A stretch of 22,325 nt of DNA from positions 1-22,325 of the forward strand of contig CALKOM010000038.1 in NCBI GenBank assembly GCA_938091905.1, read 5' to 3'. Each line of letters starts with the position of its first letter. The first letter of the stretch is position 1. Position numbers and translations under genes: made by a program. Under the pieces are notes generated by a model. It made no database searches, was not told the DNA's origin, and saw nothing but the letters and a program-made list of their open reading frames with translations. The stretch is from an uncultured Verrucomicrobiales bacterium. Lineage in GTDB: Bacteria > Verrucomicrobiota > Verrucomicrobiia > Verrucomicrobiales > DEV007. This document shows, piece by piece, positions 8,336-17,202 of this stretch.

Positions 8336-8803
8336 ATAAATCACGAGATCACCCTTTGTGAGGTTAAAGAGAGCCATTTGCCGACATTCTTTGAGCAGCA
8401 GCTTGATCCAGAAGCGACTTGGGTGGCGGCGTTTCCGAGTTGTGAACGTGAGACGTTCATGGCGCATTGGGCGAAGTGTATGACTCACGAGACCACGGTG
8501 CTCAGGACGATTGCCTTTGAAGGTGCGGTGGCTGGGAATATCGTCTTCTGGGAAGATTCTGACGAGCCGAAGGTAGGTTATTGGCTGGGGCGAGCTTACT
8601 GGGGGAAGGGGATTGCCACTGCCGTTCTGTCACAATTCCTGGAAATCGTGAAGGTGCGACCGCTGTATGCTCGTGTGGCGAAACACAATAGAGGCTCTGT
8701 CAGTGTCTTGCAGAAGTGCGGTTTTACGGTTGCCAACGAAGACTTCATTTCGCCGGCGGATGGCAGCAGGATTGAAGAGTTTCTGATGGTGCTTGTTGCG
8801 TAG
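8336..8803 (+). CDS. GNAT (RimJ/RimL-like) N-acetyltransferase; start codon apparently degraded to ATA
   Basis: VGYWLGRAYWGKGIAT acetyl-CoA motif and N-x-x-S-x-x-V-L-x-K-C-G-F. The frame is open upstream of TTG 8378 and reads I(ATA)NHEITLCEVKESHLPTFF, which looks like the family N-terminus. Confidence 0.82.
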   Translation: MNHEITLCEVKESHLPTFFEQQLDPEATWVAAFPSCERETFMAHWAKCMTHETTVLRTIAFEGAVAGNIVFWEDSDEPKVGYWLGRAYWGKGIATAVLSQFLEIVKVRPLYARVAKHNRGSVSVLQKCGFTVANEDFISPADGSRIEEFLMVLVA

Positions 8804-8813
8804 AACTAGCGCA

Positions 8814-10352
8814 CTACTCCGTGATTGGAAATTGTAGAAGCTTTGCGAACGATTTCTTGGCTTTGCTCAACGTTGCCCGTTGTGTTCGTGTCAAGAGGTC
8901 ATTGGGCTCGTTGAGCATTTCAACTCGGAAAAGCCTGCCGAGGGTGTGGGCGGCGACTTCATTGGGGTGGTCATGCCCGACTCGAATAGGGAATTGGGCA
9001 CGCCATTCATCGAGTGTTGTGGTGTCCGAGAGTGGTGAACCGACGGTGGCCTGGTCGATGGGATAGGCGCGTTCGATAAACCTGAAGTCATTCTTGTTTG
9101 TTTCGAGTGAAGTGGCGAGTAGCAGAAGACGATCGTCGTGGCGAATAGCCCAGTTTGGAGCAGGAGCGTCGGGGTTGCGGACGAAGTTGAGCTTGTGTGC
9201 GGTCTCCATGGAGACGGTGACTGTATCGTATCCATAGTTTTTGTAGGCGGCTTCGAAGTGGTGCGGCATGAGCCGCTGGATGACGTGGAGTTTCTCGTGA
9301 AGGAGCACTTCGAGTGCCTTGCTTTCGCTTTGGCGAAAGCGTTTCATGGCTTCGTCAGTCAAGACAATGTGGAGCCCGCGTGTGTGTGGCCTGCCTTTGC
9401 AAAAGGTCGAGGACATCTTTGCGAAATGCCAGGGTAGCTTCGCGATCATCGGCCATGTCTCAAGGGTCAGCTGATCGATGCGTTTGGTCCATTGGGTGAG
9501 TTGCTCCTTGTCTTCCTCGGTATATTCCGCGGCCAAGGCGGTGTACTTCATTTTAACGAATGCTAGACGCTCTTGGTCATCTTCAGGCAAAGGGGTGGAA
9601 GCCGTGAGGCCTAACTCGAAACGTAGATTGTCGTGAGTTAGCGTGTCGAGCGGCAGGTCCCACTGATCTTCGCAAATAAGTTTTGCGGTTTCTTCCTTAT
9701 CGCCGAAGTGCAGTCGGGAGAGCACGAGTGGGCTGCGGCGCAAGGTCTTGACTTGACTGGGGTGAAGCCCTTCGACCGCGAGGCGCTCTGCAAAGGGGCC
9801 ATCTCCCTGAAGGTTGGGTACGTCGTCAGGTACTTTGAGATCATTGACGGCATGAATCATTCCCAGGCAGTGTCCGATTTCATGGGCCACGACGAACGCG
9901 CGTTCAGCTGGATCGCGCATCTTGTCCGGGGCACCAAGATTAACGAAGCAGATGTTGCCACCTTGAAGGCCGCGGCCAAGAGGCTTCGTCATGCCATCGA
10001 CAGCGGAGACGAAGAGAAGCGTGGCGACGTGAGGATCCTTGGCAATCATGCCGTTGGCGTGACCGTCCTTCACGATGGTATCCAAGTTGATCTCTCCTCG
10101 CCGTGCCTTGCCGTGGTGCCAGTGAACGGGTGGCAAATACAGAAACTCCAGGTCTCCCCGGGTGTAAACCTGATCGGCAAGCGTCTTGGGAAGGGCGTGG
10201 CGAGCAGCATTCTCGCCGTTGTCGTCGCAGAGGATAACCGGCTTCACGATGAGCACGTTTGAGCGGTCGAGCGGGGCCGACCTCAGGGGCATCGAGATTG
10301 CAGTGGTGGCGAGGAGGGTGAGTGTGATGCGTTGGACGATGGAAGGATTCAT
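8814..10352 (-). CDS. Secreted putative zinc metallopeptidase with two HExxH motifs
   Basis: Signal peptide; HEIGHCLGMIH (HExxHxxGxxH) at 9852-9884; PHTRG...LLHEKLHVIQR (9285-9299)...NPD...HPNE (8958-8969) in the C-terminal half. Confidence 0.7.
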   Translation of the reverse strand: MNPSIVQRITLTLLATTAISMPLRSAPLDRSNVLIVKPVILCDDNGENAARHALPKTLADQVYTRGDLEFLYLPPVHWHHGKARRGEINLDTIVKDGHANGMIAKDPHVATLLFVSAVDGMTKPLGRGLQGGNICFVNLGAPDKMRDPAERAFVVAHEIGHCLGMIHAVNDLKVPDDVPNLQGDGPFAERLAVEGLHPSQVKTLRRSPLVLSRLHFGDKEETAKLICEDQWDLPLDTLTHDNLRFELGLTASTPLPEDDQERLAFVKMKYTALAAEYTEEDKEQLTQWTKRIDQLTLETWPMIAKLPWHFAKMSSTFCKGRPHTRGLHIVLTDEAMKRFRQSESKALEVLLHEKLHVIQRLMPHHFEAAYKNYGYDTVTVSMETAHKLNFVRNPDAPAPNWAIRHDDRLLLLATSLETNKNDFRFIERAYPIDQATVGSPLSDTTTLDEWRAQFPIRVGHDHPNEVAAHTLGRLFRVEMLNEPNDLLTRTQRATLSKAKKSFAKLLQFPITE

Positions 10353-10418
10353 TCAGAGAGGCGTCAGGATGGATGGATTCGGGCTTCCCTGCCACCCTGG
10401 AGTTCGATAGTCTGCCTC

Positions 10419-10632
10419 ATGAAGTCTCGTAAGTGTCTATTGGCGGTATTCCTTGGAGCGCTTGTGATCTTTGTCTGGCTCAACGTGTCCTGGATGGTTC
10501 TCGAGTGGCACGGGATCAAGTCGGTGGGTGAGGAAGCCTCCAAGGCAACCGCCCTGAAGACTGCTGACGCGCTCATCAGCTGGACTTGTGATGGCGAAAG
10601 TGTTGACAGCGAAGCATGTCTTGATCGCTTAG
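10419..10632 (+). pseudogene. Relic of a membrane protein gene with internal deletion and frameshift
   Basis: ATG 10419: MKSRKCLLAVFLGALVIFVWLNVSWMVLEWH, a TM helix. ADALISW continues as AGLVMAKVLTAKHVLIA* in the +1 frame (10579-10632), while the original frame runs into non-protein-like sequence. Confidence 0.55.
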
Positions 10633-10651
10633 GATTGACTAGCGCACCCCA

Positions 10652-11320
10652 ATGTTTGCCAGTCCTCTGACCATCCTCTTTCAAGATGAGTGGATCGTGG
10701 CCGTTGATAAACCTGCAGGACAACTGGTGCATCCGGCGCAGACACCTCAAGAAGGGGATGAAGTGACGATGAAGATCTTGCGTGATCAGATTGGTCAGCA
10801 AGTTCACGTCATTCATCGATTGGATCGGCCTACCTCTGGGGTCCTCCTGTTTGCAAAGGAGAAGAATGCGGCGCGAGGCCTTCACCAGGCCTTTGAGAAG
10901 CATGAGGTGACGAAGGTCTATTGGGCAGTGGCCAATGGAAGTCCAGATCGTGATTCGTGGGTGTGTGAGGAGCCCATTCAGAAAGAAGCAGGCGCTGTTG
11001 CTCGCACGGCAGAGACGACGTTTCGTGTTTTGCAACGTCTTAATGAAGAACTGACCCTAATGGAGGCCCTGCCAAAGACTGGCCGATTTCACCAGATTCG
11101 GAGACATCTCGTCCATGCCGGGTACCCGATCGTTGGGGATTATCGATATGCGGGTGAAGCCAACTGCGATGCCCTCGGGTTAAAGTTAGGAATCGGAACG
11201 AGAATGTTGCTCCAAGCGAAGAGCTTGCGATTCGTTCATCCGGTGACGAATGCGGGCTTGCTGATTGAAGCGCCGGTGGACCCGGCGATTGAGACCTGTT
11301 TGCCGGGCGGGAAAGCTTGA
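10652..11320 (+). CDS. truC: RluA-family pseudouridine synthase, TruC-like (tRNA psi65)
   Basis: VDKPAGQLVHP, catalytic HRLDRPTSG, PKTGRFHQIRRHL, PIVGD, RMLLQA...HP; no S4 domain. Family is secure; the TruC subfamily is less so. Confidence 0.8.
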   Translation: MFASPLTILFQDEWIVAVDKPAGQLVHPAQTPQEGDEVTMKILRDQIGQQVHVIHRLDRPTSGVLLFAKEKNAARGLHQAFEKHEVTKVYWAVANGSPDRDSWVCEEPIQKEAGAVARTAETTFRVLQRLNEELTLMEALPKTGRFHQIRRHLVHAGYPIVGDYRYAGEANCDALGLKLGIGTRMLLQAKSLRFVHPVTNAGLLIEAPVDPAIETCLPGGKA

Positions 11321-11349
11321 AATTGAGTGATGGAGGGCGACAGTTTGGC

Positions 11350-14307
11350 ATGTCTTTGATCTGGCGCACGGCCCTGATATCTTTGGCCTTCCTTTCGGAA
11401 GCGGCATGGGGGGAGGCGGTTCAATTTAGCAGGGAGATCTTGCCCATCCTATCGGATCGCTGTTTCCACTGCCATGGGCCTGATGAAGGTGACCGGAAAG
11501 CTGGTCTACGGTTGGATCAAGAGGGCTCGGTCCGAGAGCTGATTGCTTCGGGGGAGCTGAAACACCGGCTGACGACGAGCGATCCGGAAGAGCAAATGCC
11601 ACCACCCGATTCCCATCGGGATCCTCTTAGCGAGGAGGAGTTGTCCTTGGTAGAGCGTTGGATTTCGGAGGGGGCACCGTGGGGCAAGCATTGGGCCTTT
11701 GAGAAGTCAGTGCGACCACCTGTTCCAGAGGGAGATCATCCCATTGATGCCTTTGTGATAGAGCGCTTGCGAAAGGAAGGACAATCGTTGTCTCCCATGG
11801 CGGAATCGTACACGCTTCGCCGTCGGTTGTCTTTTGATCTGATTGGTTTGCCGCCTGCGAAGATGGATCTGGATTCTTCGTGGGATGATGTCGTAGAGGG
11901 CTTGTTAGAATCGCCTCATCACGGGGAACGGCTTGCCATGTGGTGGCTGGATGCCGCGCGGTATGCGGATACGGACGGCTACCAAGCAGATGCGGAACGC
12001 TCGAACTGGCCTTGGCGAGATTGGGTAGTCGATGCGTTCAATGCGAATATGCCGTTTGATCAGTTTACGGTGGAGCAGTTTGCGGGTGATCTGCTTCCCG
12101 ACGCGTCGCCGGAGCAGATTCTGGCAACGTGTTTTCATCGGAATCACATGACGAATGGTGAAGGCGGCCGTTTGCCTGAAGAATCCCGAATCGATTACGT
12201 GATTGATCGGGTCAATACCATGGGTACGGTTTGGTTAGGCCTAACGCTTGGTTGCACGCAGTGTCACAGCCACAAATTCGATCCGATTTCTCATCAGGAC
12301 TACTATAGCTTGTTCGCCTTCTTCGATAGTATCGATGAGGATGGAAAGGCTGGAGGTGGCGCCAAGCCCTATCTTAAGTACCAGTCTCCCAAGGCGAAGC
12401 TGGCCTTGGACGAAATGGAAGCTTTGGTGGCATCATGCAAAGCGGCAGATGCGGAAGCGAAGGCTGCTGCGGAGCAGCGTTTTGAGGACTGGTTGCCCAA
12501 GAAGCGTGCTGGCCTCTCCAAGGACTATGAGGCCTGGGCCCTTGTGAATCCTGCCGCGTTGGTTTCTGCTGAAGGGTCTGAGTTTGTTCCCGACGCGGAT
12601 GGCTCGGTGGGCGTGGTCGGGCCGAATCCTGTTCAGGATGATTATAGGATCACGGTGGGTTTGCCAGAGCGCCTCACCCGGCTCACCGGTTGGAAGCTTG
12701 ATGTGCTGCCTATCGATGGAGGTAACTTGTCACGTGGAGTGAGCGGGGAGTTTGTTCTGACGAACGTCAAGTTGCTGCTGCGAAAGCGTGGGCAATCACA
12801 GGTGCGCGATTTGGAGATGGTTTCTGCGGTGGCGAGTTCAGAGAAGGGGGCCAAGGGGCGCAATTATGGAAACGTGAAGGATGTGCTGAACGACGATCCC
12901 AGGAATGGCTGGACGACGGTGGAAAGAGAGGCCCGACAGACGGCGGTCTTCGCTTTGGCAGAGCCTCTTGACGTGAAGCCGGATGAGGAGCTGATTGTGG
13001 TGCTCTATCATCGATCGACCGAAGGCGATGCGAACATAGGTAGGTTTCGGCTGTGGATGACCGATCAGGCAGGGGAAACGGTTCGTTCTCTCGATGAAGC
13101 TCCTATGGAGGCGCTTTCGAGCGTTGAGGGGGATCCCAGCGAGCGTTTGCGAGATCGTTTGTTCCAGCAGTATCTTGTGGACGATCACTCCTATCAGAGA
13201 GCGAAGGCCCGCCATGCGCAGGCTCGGAAGCAGCGTGATCAAGCGAAGAAAGCGACTGGAGATCTCAATGTGATGGTGTTGTCAGAGCGCAAAGAGCCTC
13301 GGCAGACTCATATTCTGGAGCGCGGAGTCTGGGATGCCAAGGGGGTCGTTGTGAATCGTGCGTTTCTTCCCGCGGTGCTCCCGTGGCAGAGTGAGGATGA
13401 GTCGCCATCCCGTCTGGATCTGGCGCAGTGGCTCATTTCTTCGGAGAACCCACTTACCGCTCGGGTGGTGGTCAATCACCTGTGGCAGATGATCTTTGGA
13501 GCGGGGCTGGTCCGAACTCCGGAAGACTTTGGTCTCCAAGGCAGTCAGCCGACGCATCCCGAGTTGCTGGATTGGTTGGCGGTGGAGTTTGTTGAGAGTG
13601 GCTGGAATGTCAGGCACATGCTTCGCCTGATGGTTACGAGCAAGACCTATCAGCAATCCAGTGTGGTTTTTGAAGCCGCGCTGGAGGAGGATCCCAAGAA
13701 CCTCTTGTTAGGCCGAGCGAATCGGTATCGATTGCCTGCGTGGATGATTCGGGACGCGGCATTGCAGGTGTCCGGTTTGCTTCATCCTGTGCTGGGAGGG
13801 CCACCAGTGAAACCCTATCAGCCCGAGGGTGTCTGGGCTGAGATGTTCATGGGGCGCTTCTCGTACAAGCCGAGCATTGGCCCGGCGCAGTACCGGCGCA
13901 CCTTGTATGCCTACTGGCGTCGGACGGCGGCGCCGACGTTTCTCTTCGATAGTGCCCAGCGTCGGGTGTGTGAGGTGGGGATCCGTCGGACGAATACGCC
14001 GTTGCATGCCCTGACATTGCTCAATGATATAACTATGTTAGAAGCCTCGCGTGTGCTGGCGGAATCAGTCACCTCGATTCAAGAGCTCGCCGTGCCAGTG
14101 CTGGGGCGGGCGTTGACCGATCAAGAGAGCGTGGTGTTAGAACGCGAGTATGCGCGCGCTCATAAGGTCTATGAGCAGGATTCCGAGTCGGCAGAGGCCC
14201 TAACGACGGTGGGCCAGCAACCAGGGCGTGCAGATGCGGCTCTTGCCGCACGGATGATGGTGGCAAGTATACTCTTAAACCTTGATGAAGCCATGACCCA
14301 TGAATGA
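11350..14307 (+). CDS. PSD1 and planctomycete cytochrome c domain protein (PSCyt1-DUF1549-DUF1553)
   Basis: Signal peptide from ATG 11350 (alternative TTG 11317); heme c motifs CFHCH and [57 protein letters not shown]. Confidence 0.93.
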   Translation: MSLIWRTALISLAFLSEAAWGEAVQFSREILPILSDRCFHCHGPDEGDRKAGLRLDQEGSVRELIASGELKHRLTTSDPEEQMPPPDSHRDPLSEEELSLVERWISEGAPWGKHWAFEKSVRPPVPEGDHPIDAFVIERLRKEGQSLSPMAESYTLRRRLSFDLIGLPPAKMDLDSSWDDVVEGLLESPHHGERLAMWWLDAARYADTDGYQADAERSNWPWRDWVVDAFNANMPFDQFTVEQFAGDLLPDASPEQILATCFHRNHMTNGEGGRLPEESRIDYVIDRVNTMGTVWLGLTLGCTQCHSHKFDPISHQDYYSLFAFFDSIDEDGKAGGGAKPYLKYQSPKAKLALDEMEALVASCKAADAEAKAAAEQRFEDWLPKKRAGLSKDYEAWALVNPAALVSAEGSEFVPDADGSVGVVGPNPVQDDYRITVGLPERLTRLTGWKLDVLPIDGGNLSRGVSGEFVLTNVKLLLRKRGQSQVRDLEMVSAVASSEKGAKGRNYGNVKDVLNDDPRNGWTTVEREARQTAVFALAEPLDVKPDEELIVVLYHRSTEGDANIGRFRLWMTDQAGETVRSLDEAPMEALSSVEGDPSERLRDRLFQQYLVDDHSYQRAKARHAQARKQRDQAKKATGDLNVMVLSERKEPRQTHILERGVWDAKGVVVNRAFLPAVLPWQSEDESPSRLDLAQWLISSENPLTARVVVNHLWQMIFGAGLVRTPEDFGLQGSQPTHPELLDWLAVEFVESGWNVRHMLRLMVTSKTYQQSSVVFEAALEEDPKNLLLGRANRYRLPAWMIRDAALQVSGLLHPVLGGPPVKPYQPEGVWAEMFMGRFSYKPSIGPAQYRRTLYAYWRRTAAPTFLFDSAQRRVCEVGIRRTNTPLHALTLLNDITMLEASRVLAESVTSIQELAVPVLGRALTDQESVVLEREYARAHKVYEQDSESAEALTTVGQQPGRADAALAARMMVASILLNLDEAMTHE

Positions 14308-15712
14308 ACTGACACGGAGACTCTTTCTTCAGCAAACAGGCGTGAATCTTGGCGCTGTCGCGTTAGCTGGCTTGCTAGGGCGTGGGCAGGGTTTAGCAGC
14401 CCCCTTGGCTGGTTCGCATTGGGCTCCGAAAGCGAAGCGAATTATCTTTCTTACGCAGTCAGGCGGGCCGTCGCAGATCGAGTTGTTCGATCACAAGCCA
14501 AAGTTGCAGCGTTGGGCAGGCAAAGAGTTACCGGATAGCGTGCGCCAGGGGCAGCGGCTAACCACGATGACGGCGAATCAGAAGCAGCTCATCATGCCGG
14601 CGAAGACGCGGTTCGAGCGCCATGGGCAAAGTGGGGCTACCATTAGTGAGTGGCTGCCGCATCTTGGGAAGGTCGCCGATGAGTTGTGCTTCATCAAGTC
14701 GATGACGACTGACCAGATCAATCACGCGCCCGCGATGACGAAGTTTCTCACGGGGCATCAGATTCCGGGGCGGCCCAGCATGGGGGCGTGGTCGAGTTAT
14801 GGTTTGGGTAGTCCTAACAAAGACTTGCCAGAGTATCTGGTGCTCATCTCCAAGATGAATCGCGGGAGTGATCAGCCGCTGTATGATCACTACTGGGGAA
14901 GCGGTTTCCTGCCGTCTCAGCACCAAGGGGTAAAATTGCGCAACGCCAAGGATTCGGTTCTCTATCTGCGCGATCCTGATGGACTGCCACCAGAGCTGCG
15001 GCGTGGCATGATTGACGGGCTTGGTGAATTGAATGGCATGCGCCTGGAAGAAACGGGTGATCCAGAGATACGCACTCGCATTCAGGCCTATGAAATGGCG
15101 CACCGCATGCAAACCAGTGTGCCTGATCTGAATGATCTCAGCGATGAGCCAGAGTCTGTTTTTGAAATGTATGGACCCGATTCGCGTCGGCCAGGTAGCT
15201 ATGCTGCGAATTGTATCTTGGCTCGACGTCTTGCTGAGCGCGGGGTGCCGTTTGTCCAACTCTTCCATCCTGATTGGGATCATCATAGTCGACTGAGCAG
15301 TTGGTGTACTGCCCGCTGTCGTGATACGGATCAACCGAGTGCTGCCTTGGTCATGGATTTGAAGGAACGTGGTTTGTTAGAAGATACGTTGGTGATCTGG
15401 GGTGGAGAGTTTGGGCGTGGTGTGGCAGGCCAAGGCAAATGGGATAGCCCTGAGGGTGGTCGAGATCATCACCCGCGGTGTTTCACCCTGTGGATGGCCG
15501 GTGGCGGGGTGCAGCCTGGGATCACCTACGGAGCGACGGATGATTTCAGCTACAATGTGGCCAAGGACCCGGTCCACGTGCGCGACCTGCACGCTACAGT
15601 ATTGCACCTGTTAGGCGTAGATCACGAACGCTTTAGCCATCGGTTCCAAGGGTTGGACTATCGACTAACCGGTGTGGAACCTTCTCGTGTGGTCGACGAT
15701 ATCCTTCTGTGA
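14300..15712 (+). CDS. DUF1501 domain protein, Tat-exported
   Basis: TRRLFLQ; GGPSQIELFDHKP, NHAPA, ARRLAERGV, WDHH, GEFGR, GRDHHP; overlaps the PSD1 gene by 8 nt. Confidence 0.93.
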   Translation: MNELTRRLFLQQTGVNLGAVALAGLLGRGQGLAAPLAGSHWAPKAKRIIFLTQSGGPSQIELFDHKPKLQRWAGKELPDSVRQGQRLTTMTANQKQLIMPAKTRFERHGQSGATISEWLPHLGKVADELCFIKSMTTDQINHAPAMTKFLTGHQIPGRPSMGAWSSYGLGSPNKDLPEYLVLISKMNRGSDQPLYDHYWGSGFLPSQHQGVKLRNAKDSVLYLRDPDGLPPELRRGMIDGLGELNGMRLEETGDPEIRTRIQAYEMAHRMQTSVPDLNDLSDEPESVFEMYGPDSRRPGSYAANCILARRLAERGVPFVQLFHPDWDHHSRLSSWCTARCRDTDQPSAALVMDLKERGLLEDTLVIWGGEFGRGVAGQGKWDSPEGGRDHHPRCFTLWMAGGGVQPGITYGATDDFSYNVAKDPVHVRDLHATVLHLLGVDHERFSHRFQGLDYRLTGVEPSRVVDDILL

Positions 15713-15715
15713 ACC

Positions 15716-16486
15716 GTGTTCGATCGTAGAAACTTTCTCAAGGTTGGTGCTTTGGCTAGCAGTGCCACGGCTGCCTTGGCTCAAACACCAGAGCCTCCGC
15801 TGCCGCTCGGGCCTCTTCATGTGGACGGTTATGGCTACCGTCTGCCTTCCTTTCTAAAAGGGAGCAGACTCCTGTTTCAAGGCGATTCCATCACGGACAT
15901 GAAGTGGGGGCGCAACGAGAAGGATCGCAATCACTACCTGGGACACAGCTATGTCTACTTGATTGCGTCTCGACTTGGTGTCGACATTCCAGAAGCAGGG
16001 TTGGAAGTGTACAATCGAGGAAACAGTGGCAACACAGTGGCTGACCTGAAGTCTCGCTGGCAGAAAGATGCCATTGAGATGAAGCCAGATCTCCTCAGCG
16101 TGCTAATCGGGGTGAACCATGTGAGTCGCGGTGGAGGGATTGAAACGTATGAGGCGGACTACCGTGAGATACTGACCCGGAGTCGCGCCGTAAATGAGCG
16201 ACTCCGCCTTGTCCTGCTCGATCCATTTGTGCTTCCGTCAGGCAAACTGAAAGATGAGTCCAAGTGGACAGCGTGGCGTGCCGATGTGGATAAGATGGGA
16301 GCGATTGTAGCTCGACTTGCCAAGGAGTTTGGCGCGGTTCATATCCGGACGCAGGAGATCTTTGACTTTGCCATGGCAAAGGTCGGACCTGAGCACTGGA
16401 TTTGGGACGGGGTGCATCCGTTGCCGCAAGGACACGAATTGATCGCCCGACATTGGCTTCAAGAGGTGAGCGCCCGCTGGCACTAG
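15716..16486 (+). CDS. SGNH/GDSL hydrolase family protein, Tat signal
   Basis: DRRNFLK; block I FQGDSIT, block II NRGNSG, block III IGVN, block V DGVHP. Confidence 0.92.
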   Translation: MFDRRNFLKVGALASSATAALAQTPEPPLPLGPLHVDGYGYRLPSFLKGSRLLFQGDSITDMKWGRNEKDRNHYLGHSYVYLIASRLGVDIPEAGLEVYNRGNSGNTVADLKSRWQKDAIEMKPDLLSVLIGVNHVSRGGGIETYEADYREILTRSRAVNERLRLVLLDPFVLPSGKLKDESKWTAWRADVDKMGAIVARLAKEFGAVHIRTQEIFDFAMAKVGPEHWIWDGVHPLPQGHELIARHWLQEVSARWH

Positions 16487-17202
16487 CGTGTTTTCTTGCG
16501 ACTCTCCAGGGCTGCGCTAACTTCGACATCTGAAAGAGCCCGATAGTCACCCTCACGTAAGTTGCCCAACGAGATGGTGCCAATGGATTCTCGATGAAGC
16601 CTGATCACTTTGATGCCAAACCTTGAGAACATGCGTTTCACCTGGTGGTGTTTGCCTTCGAAGATGGTTAGGGTGCAGGAGCGTGGTGAGTTTTCTGGTG
16701 ACCACTGAACTTCGGCAGGTTGAGTATAAATGCCTTCTTTGGCAAATGGCATGCCTGCCTTGAAGGCGGTCACGGCTTCCTCTGTGATCGGGATATCGGT
16801 TTGAACGCAGTAGGTCTTTGGGATCTCGGATTCAGGCTGTGTCAGGGATTCAGAGAAACGGCTGTCGTTGGTGAGGATCACCAGGCCTGTGGTGTAGCGG
16901 TCGAGGCGTCCGGCGAGGTGGAGTTGATCAGCCCATGGTTCATTAATAAGATCGATGACCGTTGGGTGCTCGGAATCGATCGTGGCGCTGACATAGCCAC
17001 CGGGCTTGTGCAGTGCCAGGTAGCGAGGGCTCAGGGCCTGGATGGCGTCGTCGCCCAAACTTACGTGATCGAAAAGCTCGATCAATCGACTGCTATCGCA
17101 CTCGACGTGTCCGTTCACCCGGACTAACTTAGACTGAAGCTTGTCCCGGGCTGCTTTCCGACCGCACTGGAGGTGCTGGCTAATCAGGCGGTCCAGTTTC
17201 AC
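16483..17202 (-). CDS. rsuA: 16S rRNA pseudouridine(516) synthase RsuA
   Basis: Likely GTG start at 17202 (VKLDRLISQ, S4 domain), overlapping the upstream stop as GTGA; HKPGGYVSA, catalytic AGRLDRYTTGL, EGKHHQVKRMF, LHRESIG. Confidence 0.88.
   Translation of the reverse strand: MKLDRLISQHLQCGRKAARDKLQSKLVRVNGHVECDSSRLIELFDHVSLGDDAIQALSPRYLALHKPGGYVSATIDSEHPTVIDLINEPWADQLHLAGRLDRYTTGLVILTNDSRFSESLTQPESEIPKTYCVQTDIPITEEAVTAFKAGMPFAKEGIYTQPAEVQWSPENSPRSCTLTIFEGKHHQVKRMFSRFGIKVIRLHRESIGTISLGNLREGDYRALSDVEVSAALESRKKTR

Noticed and set aside
10335..10380. Short GGAT(G)-rich repeats near the peptidase start
   Set aside because: Short, imperfect and compatible with chance.
10364..11035. 223-aa minus-strand ORF
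   Set aside because: Antisense shadow of the pseudouridine synthase; no independent motifs.
14558..15334. 258-aa minus-strand ORF and similar nested ORFs elsewhere
   Set aside because: Antisense or off-frame shadows of well-supported genes, expected at this GC content.
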